Below are positions 9,654-19,311 of a stretch of 64,000 nt of DNA, piece after piece. The stretch covers positions 1,186-65,185 of the forward strand of contig CAZHTP010000003.1 in the NCBI GenBank assembly GCA_964535655.1, given 5' to 3'. Position 1 is the first letter of the stretch. Every line of letters begins with the position of its first letter. The translations under genes and the position numbers were made by a program. The stretch comes from an uncultured Gammaproteobacteria bacterium. Lineage in GTDB: Bacteria; Patescibacteriota; Microgenomatia; JALYQM01. The notes beneath the pieces were generated by a model, which saw nothing but the letters and a program-made list of their open reading frames with translations, made no database searches and was not told the DNA's origin.

Positions 9654-10271
9654 ATGCGCTATATCGATCTTTCCCGTACTTTAGATGGTATGCTCCCTGT
9701 TTATCCGGGAGATCCCACGCCCATTATTACCCAAACTAACACTGTGGAAAAAGATGGGTTTACTTTAAGTAAAGTTAATTCGGGAACACATGTTGGTACG
9801 CATATGGATGCTCCATTTCACTTTATCGAAAGCGGTGAGAAGATGGATGCAATCTCTATTGAGCGTTTTTTTGGCCGGGGAATTCTACTTGATGGACGAG
9901 GCAAAACTATTTTTGATGAAACATTACTTGATGGAATAGATCTGAAAAAAGACGATATTGTTCTTATTGTTACAGATTGGGGTAATAGAATTAAGGAAAA
10001 AGCATATTTTACTGATTATCCAGAGATCACTTTATCGCTTGCCGAGCGATTTGTTGCAGCAATGGTATCAATTGTTGGAACAGACAGTGCGAGTCCCGAT
10101 CACGAGCCTTTTGCAACACATAAAAAATTATTAGGGAATGGGATCCTTATACTTGAGAATTTAGTAAATCTCGATCAACTACTTGAATGCTCAGAGTTTT
10201 CGGTTGTCGCATTACCTATAAAATACTCAACGGAAGCCGCACCGGCACGTGTCGTTGCAATACTCCCTTAA
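9654..10271 (+). CDS. Cyclase family (kynurenine formamidase-like) metal hydrolase
   Basis: PVYPGDP, HVGTHMDAPFHF, ILENLVNL, AAPARVVA motifs. Confidence 0.88.
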   Translation: MRYIDLSRTLDGMLPVYPGDPTPIITQTNTVEKDGFTLSKVNSGTHVGTHMDAPFHFIESGEKMDAISIERFFGRGILLDGRGKTIFDETLLDGIDLKKDDIVLIVTDWGNRIKEKAYFTDYPEITLSLAERFVAAMVSIVGTDSASPDHEPFATHKKLLGNGILILENLVNLDQLLECSEFSVVALPIKYSTEAAPARVVAILP

Positions 10272-11213
10272 TGCGATAATGGAAGACCACCATTGCTCAT
10301 TCCCTTGAAGTTTAGACCAATACCAGTATTCACATCCCCATAGAAGGATTGTCTGGAAGTTAAGTTCGGCTAGTTTTTTAACGAGTGCTTCGGTTCGTTG
10401 TGGTGAGGCACTGGGATATTCTGCTTTTTGCGTATGTACCGCTGACTGGTACTCCCACGGTTCTGCTTGTGCTTCTGTTATCCATGGCTCAATCCCCTCG
10501 TGTTGCATCTTTTTTTGCCATTTCGAAAGTTTCCACCAATATAAAAAGGTCGGCTCAATATAATGGTCTGGTGAGACTGGAACTTTAGTATATACATTGA
10601 CTCCTATGGTATCGGCTAGTGCTGTATTTTTATTAAAGGCATTATTATACGAGAAATTCCAATCAAAAGGTGCTAGATTTATGGCATTAGAAAGCAGTAT
10701 TTTCTTTTCTGGAGAGATCACTCTTGTTTGCGCTACTGCCCGCTTAACGAAAGCCCGACTTACAAATTTGTTACCGGTAAAGGGGAAGTTGTTAAACGCT
10801 TCATTTTCAATTTGAATGTGCGAGATTTTTGCATTTTTCTTATACCTTTCCAAAACTTTCTGGATGAAATTAAACGCACATTGGGATAGATCCGCTTGCG
10901 TATCGATGGGAACATGCGCTAAATTGGTGTTATATTTTTTTTTAATCCACTCCGGAAAATGAAATTCTGGCCAGCGCGGAGATTTCATTCCTATTGCGAG
11001 AATAATTTGGGTATTGGTATTTGAGATGGTGTTAATAATGGTATCTAGCTTTGAAAAGTTGTAATGTCCCTCATGAGGCTCAATTTCGCTCCAATATGCA
11101 CAGACGCGAATATAGTTAAATTTTATAGTTAAAACTGACTGCAATGTCTCCCGATAATCGAGATTAAGATACTCGCATTGAATTTGACTAAAAGTAGTGC
11201 CGAGTTGCGCCAT
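10227..11213 (-). CDS. Clan GH-A glycoside hydrolase (beta-galactosidase/GH42-like)
   Basis: YWSEIEP, GMKSPRWPEFHFP, QIENE acid/base and ITEAQAEPW nucleophile motifs. Confidence 0.7.
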   Translation of the reverse strand: MAQLGTTFSQIQCEYLNLDYRETLQSVLTIKFNYIRVCAYWSEIEPHEGHYNFSKLDTIINTISNTNTQIILAIGMKSPRWPEFHFPEWIKKKYNTNLAHVPIDTQADLSQCAFNFIQKVLERYKKNAKISHIQIENEAFNNFPFTGNKFVSRAFVKRAVAQTRVISPEKKILLSNAINLAPFDWNFSYNNAFNKNTALADTIGVNVYTKVPVSPDHYIEPTFLYWWKLSKWQKKMQHEGIEPWITEAQAEPWEYQSAVHTQKAEYPSASPQRTEALVKKLAELNFQTILLWGCEYWYWSKLQGNEQWWSSIIALREYCNDTCRCGFR

Positions 11214-11239
11214 GGTATCCTTTTTTATGAAAGTGCATT

Positions 11240-12775
11240 CTATTTATCATGGAGGAGTGCGATGTAAACTCCGTTAGTCCAGCCGAATCCTTTTTGAACA
11301 GGATACTCACTGTCTTCCGGTTTATTCCCAACTTTTACGACATTATATTTTTCGTACATAGTACCCGTTTGTTTGAAAGTATTTTCGCAGTTGCGCAGCC
11401 AGCGCGCCTTTATTTCGGCAGCTAAATCCAAGAAGCCATATTTCTTTAACCCTTGAATAGCAATCCACTCAAGTGGGGCCCATCCGTTTGGCGCGTCCCA
11501 CTGTTCTCCCGTATCGTAAAGAGAGGTTATAAGCCCGCCAGGGAAGAGAAACTTTTCTTTTAGAATCTTGGCCATTGATTGAGCTTGCTCCTGAGTCGCA
11601 ATTCCCGCGTACAGTGGGTATACCCCTGCCAACGAATAATAAATGCTTTGTTTTTCTGTTTTATAATTATAATCAAAGAAGAATTTTTCTTTTTTGTTAT
11701 AGAGGTATTGCTGAATGATCATAACCCGATCTGTTCCATTTTTGAGATACCTTTCTGCTTTTTTGTTTTCACCAATTACTTTATACCAATCGTGTAGCTG
11801 TTTTTCATATATATATAAAAGACAATTTAAATCGATAGGAATAATATCTGCCGCTATGCAGTGTGCTAAAGATTTATGGTCAGAAAACCAGCGTCCACTA
11901 AAATCCCAACCCGACTCCGCCGCAGCTCTATTATGGCGATAGTAATTGTGTTTACCTGAGTTTGTTACTTTATGTGCATTGAGTCGCTCCTCTAAATAAG
12001 CTTCCTCACGTGGTGTATTGTCTTGGTCGTAATAGCGGTTTAACGTGAATTTTCCCAATGCTACAGCCCGTTTTTCCATCCAAAATTTATATTCCTTTTC
12101 AATGTATGGTAAGTAGGTATGAAGTAAGGCTGTATCTGTGTTCTCAATTAATAGTTCGATCATCTGCACGAAAAATGGTGGCTGTGAACGCGTAGCTTCG
12201 TAAACTCTATTCCCATTCGGGATGTATCCTATTTTATCAATGAGATAGCAGAAGTTATCGCATATGTTTTTTACCATATCGAGCATTTTGCTGTTTGCTA
12301 GTCCAAGCATTGTAAAATAACTGTCCCAATAATATATTTCGCGGAATCTTCCGCCTGGAACAATATATGGGTTAGGTAAATGGATTAAGGTACTTCCTGG
12401 ATGAGTTGGTCCATCTGGATTGCGGTACAGCACTGACCACAATGAATTTATATGTTGTTCAACTGACCTATTTACAGGAACAGCATCTTCTATAATTGAA
12501 TCTTTGCTTACAGGAATTTGAAAATTGTCTAAAACAAACTGCTTTAAGTTAAAGCCTTTGCTTTTTTTTTCAAGTGCATACTTTTTCAAGATTGTTTTCT
12601 GGTCAAATACCGGGATGCTATCAGTAAATGTTTTAGAATCTGCGAAGATTTTGTTTATCTGGACTCGTTTAAATAATTCACCTGAAAGTTGAATGTACTT
12701 ATTTTTATTGATCTCGATTTTACTTTTCCCTGCTTTTTTATACAACTGTAGTGGGTTAATTCGTAATTCGAACAT
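11240..12775 (-). CDS. Alpha,alpha-trehalase (GH37), no signal peptide
   Basis: PGGRFREIYYWDSY, RSQPP, AAESGWDFS, QWDAPNGWAPL, GFGWTNG motifs. Confidence 0.95.
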   Translation of the reverse strand: MFELRINPLQLYKKAGKSKIEINKNKYIQLSGELFKRVQINKIFADSKTFTDSIPVFDQKTILKKYALEKKSKGFNLKQFVLDNFQIPVSKDSIIEDAVPVNRSVEQHINSLWSVLYRNPDGPTHPGSTLIHLPNPYIVPGGRFREIYYWDSYFTMLGLANSKMLDMVKNICDNFCYLIDKIGYIPNGNRVYEATRSQPPFFVQMIELLIENTDTALLHTYLPYIEKEYKFWMEKRAVALGKFTLNRYYDQDNTPREEAYLEERLNAHKVTNSGKHNYYRHNRAAAESGWDFSGRWFSDHKSLAHCIAADIIPIDLNCLLYIYEKQLHDWYKVIGENKKAERYLKNGTDRVMIIQQYLYNKKEKFFFDYNYKTEKQSIYYSLAGVYPLYAGIATQEQAQSMAKILKEKFLFPGGLITSLYDTGEQWDAPNGWAPLEWIAIQGLKKYGFLDLAAEIKARWLRNCENTFKQTGTMYEKYNVVKVGNKPEDSEYPVQKGFGWTNGVYIALLHDK

Positions 12776-12800
12776 ATAGGTATTGTCTCTCTGTTAAGAC

Positions 12801-13010
12801 TTAGTAGTGCAAATTTGACGGTGTTGCTGTTTCTGTTTCGGCGCTTGATGATGCGTAAGATGAATCAATGTTCCTCATTGCGCTTGGAACGTCGATAGCG
12901 GTAGGTAGTGGTACTTGTCCGATAGTTTCACCAATTTTCCCCATTACAGGAATCATGCCAATAATGACGATTAGGGCAAGTGCTGCGTAAAGGAGTCCTT
13001 TGTTAGACAT
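12801..13010 (-). CDS. Small hypothetical membrane protein
   Basis: ATG-initiated ORF with one N-terminal TM helix. Confidence 0.5.
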   Translation of the reverse strand: MSNKGLLYAALALIVIIGMIPVMGKIGETIGQVPLPTAIDVPSAMRNIDSSYASSSAETETATPSNLHY

Positions 13011-13142
13011 AATACATATTCTATAGTTTTTAACTTGAATTGCCAATATGTTTCGAAATTAAAATATATGTGTAATTGACAGACTACTGTTGTTTTTATG
13101 TATCATGTATAAAGTATATCTGATACTTTGAAAAGGAAATTT

Positions 13143-13871
13143 ATGGCTCGCAGCAAACAAAACATGTTACCTGTTCATCCACATTTATTGGTGGTTGGAC
13201 TTGGTGTAAGTGTGACGCTCGCCTTGGCAGTAGCACTCTATACTCCTATGCCACGAACGCAATCGCTTGCATCAATTAATAATGTCGACAATTCATACGC
13301 TGCAGCAACGGCTACGCCACCTCCCTCAACTCCACGAGCTTCAGCAACACCTTGTCCAACTTCGTGCCAAGTGATTTCGCTAGCTCCGATGGCAGATGCC
13401 CGCGTAAAACGAGTAGAGCCAAATGAAAACTTTGGGAGTGCGGTTGAACTTCGCGCCGAGAATGACGCGAGTGGAAGTTATTATGAATCGTATTTAAAGT
13501 TTGATTTATCTTTTATTCCTCCAACGGCAACTGTAAAGAAGGCAGAACTAACACTGCACACTATTGATGAATCAAAAAATGGTCCTCAACTTTACCAGGT
13601 AGCGAATACTTTTAAAAACACTACCACCCCTTGGACAGAGTCGGGTCTCACTTGGAACAATAAACCCGCTAAAGTTGGCTCTTCGCTCGGTAATAAGGCT
13701 GCGGTAGTACGTGATGTGTATGTCACTTATGATGTGACGGCATTAGTTAATAAATCTAAGGGTCAAATTTACAGCTTTGGTCTCTTTGCGGATTCAACAG
13801 ATGGGTTAGTGCTTTCATCAAAGGAAAATGGCGTCAACTGGAATATTCCGTATATGACGGTTAATTTCTAA
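13143..13871 (+). CDS. DNRLRE-like domain surface protein
   Basis: TM anchor, Pro/Thr linker, ADARV..SYLKFDLS..WTESGLTWNNKP..SSKE pattern. Confidence 0.75.
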   Translation: MARSKQNMLPVHPHLLVVGLGVSVTLALAVALYTPMPRTQSLASINNVDNSYAAATATPPPSTPRASATPCPTSCQVISLAPMADARVKRVEPNENFGSAVELRAENDASGSYYESYLKFDLSFIPPTATVKKAELTLHTIDESKNGPQLYQVANTFKNTTTPWTESGLTWNNKPAKVGSSLGNKAAVVRDVYVTYDVTALVNKSKGQIYSFGLFADSTDGLVLSSKENGVNWNIPYMTVNF

Positions 13872-13891
13872 ACCATTGTTTCAGTCTTTTT

Positions 13892-13925
13892 AAAAATACG
13901 GCCTCAAAAAAGGCCGTATTTTTTT
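13892..13925. terminator. Intrinsic terminator (potentially bidirectional)
   Basis: AAAAATACGGCC-TCAAAAAA-GGCCGTATTTTTTT hairpin after the ORF ending at 13871. Confidence 0.85.
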
Positions 13926-13984
13926 GTAGAAGCTCGTAATTCTATACTTTACTGGCTATTTTTGGTATACTCTCCCAAGATTTT

Positions 13985-14053
13985 ATGGTGGTCGTAGCCT
14001 GAGGCAGTATCAACTGCCGAAGGTCCCGTGAGTACCACGAACGGGATCAATGG
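13985..14053 (+). repeat. Duplicated 5' fragment of tRNA-His interrupted by a 48-nt double-hairpin insert
   Basis: ATGGTGGTCGTAGC (13985-13998) + insert + TCAATGG (14047-14053) reproduces 14091-14111. Confidence 0.7.
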
Positions 14054-14092
14054 GTGAAAACCGTTGCTAAAGTGTGTTAGTTAGTCAAATAT

Positions 14093-14165
14093 GGTGGTCG
14101 TAGCTCAATGGTAGAGCAGCAGTTTGTGGTACTGCTGGTTGCGGGTTCGAGTCCCGTCGATCACC
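14093..14165 (+). tRNA. tRNA-His (GTG) with encoded G-1 and C73; CCA not fully encoded
   Basis: Cloverleaf: G-GTGGTCG/CGATCAC-C acceptor, GCTC/GAGC D stem, GCAGT-TTGTGGT-ACTGC anticodon arm, GCGGG-TTCGAGT-CCCGT T arm. Confidence 0.95.
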
Positions 14166-14316
14166 CATCCATTGTTATATTATTATGATATCCTTTTCTC
14201 GATACTCCTGACTGGACGTTCGAACCTTTTTAGGAAATATATTTTGCTATTACTCTAAATTCTGTATGAATTTGATCTTTTTCGGGAGCATAAAGGACCG
14301 CAGCAAGATCACTATC
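14163..14316 (+). repeat. 154-bp direct repeat, copy 1 (starts in tRNA-His 3' end)
   Basis: Identical by eye to 25893-26046; includes the 3' end of ORF 25960-26478. Confidence 0.92.
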
Positions 14317-14364
14317 AGATATTCTCCCGTTTTAATTCCGTATTTATTGTTAAAAATAATAGCA

Positions 14365-16953
14365 TTATATTTCTATTTCGATAGGTATTTGTTGTTGTAC
14401 CTGAACTTGATTTTCTACTTCTATTCTGATTTGATCGTATATTTCGACCTCAGCATCTAATATTTCAAAGCTCACTATAAGTGTATATTCTGCTGGATAT
14501 TTTCCTGCTTTATCCCAACCTTCACGACCTCGTACGGCAATGCAAAAACCATCCGTCAGTTCGTAAGCTTTAATAACCGCCCAATCTTTTTGATTCACTC
14601 CCATAGTTCTTTTTAGGTTTCTAGTCTGTCCAGTATTTTCTTTATCTCCTATTACCCATTTAATCGAATGTCCATTTCGATCTTCATGGCCATCTTCTGA
14701 ATATTTAACACATTTTAGAAATTCTTCTGTACTTTCTCCAATATTACTACTAACCCAATCCACCCTATTTGATAAATACTTTTTGGGATTCTTTCTTGTT
14801 CTTCTTGGTTTAGCTTTATATGCAACTGTCACTTCAACCAGTATGTTGTATTCGTTACCTGCTCTTCTTATCTCTTCTGGTATTGGAATTTTGTAAACGT
14901 GCAGGTCTTTATTTAGTATTCTTATATTGCCCCTGCTATAAAGTGTGACACGACTATCGCTACTATAAAGTGCTCTGTCTAAAGAAGGGACACCATATCC
15001 TATTTTTCGTAGTACTGCCTGATACTGCGACTTATCAATATTTTGCGCCCAGTGAGGCCAGCGAGCAGAGTGTATTAATAATGCACGATACATCAAAGCG
15101 GATTCTTCAGGGTATTGACCTTCAATCTTTCCTAATATATGAGAAACTCTAGGGGTACTAATTGATGTTCCGATGAAGTCTCTTGAAGTTAATGGACCTG
15201 GTGGTGAGGACCTAACGCTTTCTAAACTAAGCTCATTGAGTTGTTGTAATGTTATTGGCTGTGCGTAGTTTACAGCATAACTTCCACCTATTTCTACAAC
15301 ATCTGGTTTGATCACTCCCCAAATTCCTGGACCTGATCTAGAAAATGGAGATGGGTCCCATTTACCGCCAAGAGATTTTAAGTTTTCATTTTGGAAATCT
15401 GCTAGACATATTGCTCCTACTGTAACTCCCATAAAAGCTTGTCCGGGATTTGCAGCTCTCGCTGCATCTTCCAATAAATATTCTGGGTAATTTTTTCCAT
15501 TACGGAGGTAGTTTAATATGCCCGGATTTAATGCCTGCTCTGAGAAAGAACTAATATTGCCGATGCTTTGAACGAACACTATATCATTGTCGTATGATAA
15601 TGAATCCATGCAAGCTGCCCACACAGACATTCTGCTTATTTTACACGCTATAGAGCTAGATATTGAATGATTAAAGATGCGGGTTCTTTGCTCAGTGAAT
15701 TTGTAGTATTTATCAACAATGTTGATTAATAATAGCGCTGGCTGGATAGTTTTTGGTATTACTCCATCTTTATTTAATACTCTTGCATTTTCTAACCAAA
15801 AGGGACTTTGAAAAATTCCATTTTTCGGTATTTCGTTATAGAATTGGATTGCCCCAGCGATTCTAGTTCCATGTCCACCATTTTCAATTTCGTCGCCGAC
15901 ACCATTACCATCTGGCAAAAAATTATAAGAAGCTTCCCTGACAATGGATTCTTTTAAGAGGACGTGCTCTTCATTTATTCCACTATCGATTACGCAGATT
16001 CTTGGTGCGTTTGCTCGTGGAGGTAAAACTGTTAATCCATTTTCGTATAGATTATTGATCTCATTATGATCGTTAATAATCACAATCTCTTCCGCTTCAG
16101 ATATCTCAAAAATATACGGGTAGTTTGCAGCGATATCTTTTAGTCCTTTCCCTGATATTTCAACACGGATGGAGAAACTATCATAAAACTCTACAGCGTT
16201 ATAGGTTTGGTTATCAACGATTTGTAGTATGTTTCCTTTATAGAAGTTCACCAACTGTTGCAATTGGTCTTCACGTTCGCTTTTTAGCTTGTCGTACTCT
16301 TGATATGCAAACGTAAGTTTTTCTTCCCATTTTTCTTTTTTTGCCTGAAATTCTTCTTCCGTTTCACTTTTAGTCTTTTCAATTTTGTTTTGAGGAGGAA
16401 TTGTTGTACCTGTACACTCTATAGAAATATCAACTGTGCAAGCAGTGTCATCTTTGATATGTATCCATTTTTTGTACAACTCTTCGGAAAGTATATGTTG
16501 CAGTTTGTCATGCGGGTTTATATCATATACTTTTGCTACTGACCCACTTTTCTTTTCGTTGTTCTCAAATGCCTTTATGCTCTTAGTTAGCTTGTTTAAC
16601 TCTATATCCTCAGTTGCAACGATTGCAAAACCTTCATCATACTCTGCCACGATTTCAAATCCAAAGGCGGAACGTAAAAACTCTAAATCTACGTCTTCTT
16701 CTATTTGCACAAGAGCTGAGTTTCCCTTTGGAAGTATTCTGCCTACTTCAGTATCACTTCTGTTGAGATTTTCTTCTTTCCAAGTATTACTAAGCATTTG
16801 CAACTTGCCCGTAAGCTCGAACGCATGATCTTTACGATTTTCTAAATTTTGTATTGTCTTTTCGTTTGATTTTCCTTGTGCACGAGGGAAGTATGCTCTA
16901 TCTTTGAGCACCATCTGAATGGGAAGATGATTTAGTTGTCGTTGTGTTGCCAT
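14365..16953 (-). CDS. ietS: S8 (subtilisin-like) serine protease, IetS-type
   Basis: ICVIDSGI, GHGTRIAG, GTSISTP catalytic triad; overlaps the upstream AAA ATPase. Confidence 0.82.
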   Translation of the reverse strand: MATQRQLNHLPIQMVLKDRAYFPRAQGKSNEKTIQNLENRKDHAFELTGKLQMLSNTWKEENLNRSDTEVGRILPKGNSALVQIEEDVDLEFLRSAFGFEIVAEYDEGFAIVATEDIELNKLTKSIKAFENNEKKSGSVAKVYDINPHDKLQHILSEELYKKWIHIKDDTACTVDISIECTGTTIPPQNKIEKTKSETEEEFQAKKEKWEEKLTFAYQEYDKLKSEREDQLQQLVNFYKGNILQIVDNQTYNAVEFYDSFSIRVEISGKGLKDIAANYPYIFEISEAEEIVIINDHNEINNLYENGLTVLPPRANAPRICVIDSGINEEHVLLKESIVREASYNFLPDGNGVGDEIENGGHGTRIAGAIQFYNEIPKNGIFQSPFWLENARVLNKDGVIPKTIQPALLLINIVDKYYKFTEQRTRIFNHSISSSIACKISRMSVWAACMDSLSYDNDIVFVQSIGNISSFSEQALNPGILNYLRNGKNYPEYLLEDAARAANPGQAFMGVTVGAICLADFQNENLKSLGGKWDPSPFSRSGPGIWGVIKPDVVEIGGSYAVNYAQPITLQQLNELSLESVRSSPPGPLTSRDFIGTSISTPRVSHILGKIEGQYPEESALMYRALLIHSARWPHWAQNIDKSQYQAVLRKIGYGVPSLDRALYSSDSRVTLYSRGNIRILNKDLHVYKIPIPEEIRRAGNEYNILVEVTVAYKAKPRRTRKNPKKYLSNRVDWVSSNIGESTEEFLKCVKYSEDGHEDRNGHSIKWVIGDKENTGQTRNLKRTMGVNQKDWAVIKAYELTDGFCIAVRGREGWDKAGKYPAEYTLIVSFEILDAEVEIYDQIRIEVENQVQVQQQIPIEIEI

Positions 16954-17959
16954 TTATTTTTTTTGTACTAGGAGGGGCAATTTCATCCAACGCAATTGTC
17001 AAATGCGTATCGTTCACAGTACTACTCCCATCTAATATAGCCGTCTTTGCTGCATTTTGAGCTACAGATACAACGTCTGCAGCAGATAGCCCTTTTACTT
17101 TTTTAAATAATACGCCCCAATTAATTTTTTTGTTTATATTCAAAGCGGCCAAAGTTGTTTTCAGCAATTGTTCTATTTGTTGTGAGTCGGGTCTTTTGAT
17201 TTCAATTATATCATCAAAACGTCTATATATGGCCTTGTCTAGAGATCCCTCTAAGTTTGTGGTCGCTACAAGTAATCCTGCAGACTCATATTCATCTAAA
17301 AGCATTAGTAGCATATTAACTATCCTTTGTGTTTCTCCAACATCTGAACTACTAGTTCTCGACTTCGCTATAATGTCACATTCATCTAACAATAATACAC
17401 ATGGCGATTTTTGGCTTGCATCGAAAATTGATCTTAAATTTGCTGAAGTTTCACCAAAGTATGAGGAGATTAAACTATCAAATCTAACTTTTAATAGAGG
17501 AAGTCCAACATTCCAAGCTAGTCTCTCAGCTCCCATTGTCTTACCACACCCGGGTGGTCCATAAAGTAATATTTTTTTTCTTGGTTTTAAGTTATGCCTT
17601 GCTAGTCGATCTCTGGCAGCAAATTCTTTTTCTATCCGTTCAAATCTATCTTCAACATCCGATTGCAAGACCATGTAATGTCTTAAAACATGGGCCGGAA
17701 TAAAAGTAGCAAGAGGTTGGTTATTTCTTTGACTTTTAGGAAGTTCGAATAATTTTTTTTCACTTACTTCTGGATTTACATAGTACTTGGTGGTCAACCG
17801 ATTTTGAGCATCAGCAATTATTTTCTCAAGTTGCAAGGATAATTTCTTATGCCCTTTTTTCTTCTCTTCTTCAACGACGGCAGAAGCTATTTTTAATAAA
17901 CTTTCTGAATCGTTTGTCTCAATTGCTCTAAATAGTCTAGTAAGTAATATTGAATTCAT
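16898..17959 (-). CDS. ietA: AAA+ ATPase, IetA-type
   Basis: GPPGCGKT Walker A, LLLDECD Walker B, LDKAIYRRFD arginine finger. Confidence 0.85.
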   Translation of the reverse strand: MNSILLTRLFRAIETNDSESLLKIASAVVEEEKKKGHKKLSLQLEKIIADAQNRLTTKYYVNPEVSEKKLFELPKSQRNNQPLATFIPAHVLRHYMVLQSDVEDRFERIEKEFAARDRLARHNLKPRKKILLYGPPGCGKTMGAERLAWNVGLPLLKVRFDSLISSYFGETSANLRSIFDASQKSPCVLLLDECDIIAKSRTSSSDVGETQRIVNMLLMLLDEYESAGLLVATTNLEGSLDKAIYRRFDDIIEIKRPDSQQIEQLLKTTLAALNINKKINWGVLFKKVKGLSAADVVSVAQNAAKTAILDGSSTVNDTHLTIALDEIAPPSTKKINGNTTTTKSSSHSDGAQR

Positions 17960-18072
17960 ATAAGCCAAATCAAAAAAGCTTATCTTTTGAAGAGTTAATT
18001 ATACTGTATCACTCTACTGTTAATTACTCAATAAACTAGTTTCTAAACTCATATACACGAAAGCGATCGTAC

Positions 18073-18671
18073 TTAATAACTACTAATACGCCACTTAAGG
18101 AAATCCTCATCTATTGTTAGCTTGTATATCTTTTTTTTCTCAAATTCTGCTTTTATGACTGAAACAAAAAATATATATCCTTGCTCTGGACTTCTGCCAA
18201 TTACCCAATAAGTAGAGAAATCACTTCTGTCGTGTACAATCTTTTGAAGCTCTTCATGCTCAAATAAACCAAATTTATCTATAAATATAATTAAATCAAG
18301 ATTTCTATAATATTCTGGTCCTTTTTTTGCTTTTTTATCAATAGCATCAATTACTAGAGAAGTAATGTTTCCCTTAGAAAAAGGTGGTATACCTGTTCAG
18401 TGTCCAAAACTATGTTCTTTTTCTCTCCTGCTGTGCAAGCTAATACACCATCTCCTCCAAATCGGTCTGATCCAATAGTCCACTCGTTATCAGGATCTAA
18501 ATGGCGTGCTACAGTGCAAAGTATAAATAATCCAAGTACTTCACGAGGTAATAAATTTATATTTGCTATTTTTTTACCTTTTACTAGTAGCGCTGAATTT
18601 TTCAAAATTGTTTGAATTATATTTTTAAGGAATAAATTAAGATCTTTGACAAGATAAATTGGTGTATGCAT
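18073..18671 (-). pseudogene. Frameshifted hypothetical gene, possibly PD-(D/E)XK nuclease-like
   Basis: ORF 18354-18671 continues in another frame after ~18388 (PPFSKGNITSLVIDAIDKKAKKGPEYY...), with a second shift near the homopolymer at ~18131-18137. Confidence 0.55.
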
Positions 18672-18722
18672 ACAGTTTTAAATCTCTAGCATAACTTGTT
18701 ATCTCATGCATATGCATATTGC

Positions 18723-18769
18723 GGAAAGTGGTTCTTCATTCGAAGTATATGGGTTATAATTGATTCCAG
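18723..18769 (-). repeat. att-like/recombinase-tail repeat, family 1 copy A
   Basis: 38/47 identical to 25830-25876; minus strand reads LESIITHILRMKNHFP. Confidence 0.7.
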
Positions 18770-18796
18770 TCAAAACCCAACTATCACTTTGTTGCA

Positions 18797-19309
18797 CTAT
18801 TCTTTAGAAAATTTCCCTGGACTAATGGAAACAACTTTTGCTTGAACTTTTGCATTTTTAACCTCGTACTCAATTCTATCTCCAGGCTTCTTTCCTAGTA
18901 ACTTCTCACCAAGAGGTGATTCATAAGAAATCCATGATTTATTAGTTCCTGAGTCGTATTTACCGAGGACTGTATATTCTTCAGGCTCGTCCTCGCCTTG
19001 AAAAAGCACACCTACAGTATTTCCGAGACCTACACGATCGACTTCTTGTCTAGGTTCAATAAAGACTGGATCAGTGACCGATTGTCTTAGATTTAAGACA
19101 AATGCGGCATTAATTTGTGTATCTCTTTTAGCTTGATCATAGGCTGCGTTATCATGCCATTCATGGCTTTCACCTGCAGCATCACCTATGTCTTTGCTAG
19201 ATTGAGCTAAGGCTTGCTCTGCAGACTCTAATTCCCTTAGTAATCTGTTATAAGTTTCTCGCGTCATTAAGTTTAATTTGCGAGGTTGCCTCTCTCGATT
19301 TTCTATCAT
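18797..19309 (-). CDS. GreA/GreB-family transcription elongation factor-like protein
   Basis: MTRETYNRLLREL, HEWHDNAAYDQAK (variant of GDLSENAEY), ISYESPLGEKLLGKKPGD. Confidence 0.85.
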   Translation of the reverse strand: MIENRERQPRKLNLMTRETYNRLLRELESAEQALAQSSKDIGDAAGESHEWHDNAAYDQAKRDTQINAAFVLNLRQSVTDPVFIEPRQEVDRVGLGNTVGVLFQGEDEPEEYTVLGKYDSGTNKSWISYESPLGEKLLGKKPGDRIEYEVKNAKVQAKVVSISPGKFSKE

Positions 19310-19311
19310 AC

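Noticed and set aside
13985-14090. Second, intron-containing tRNA-His
   Set aside because: Similarity stops after TCAATGG; no anticodon or T arm follows
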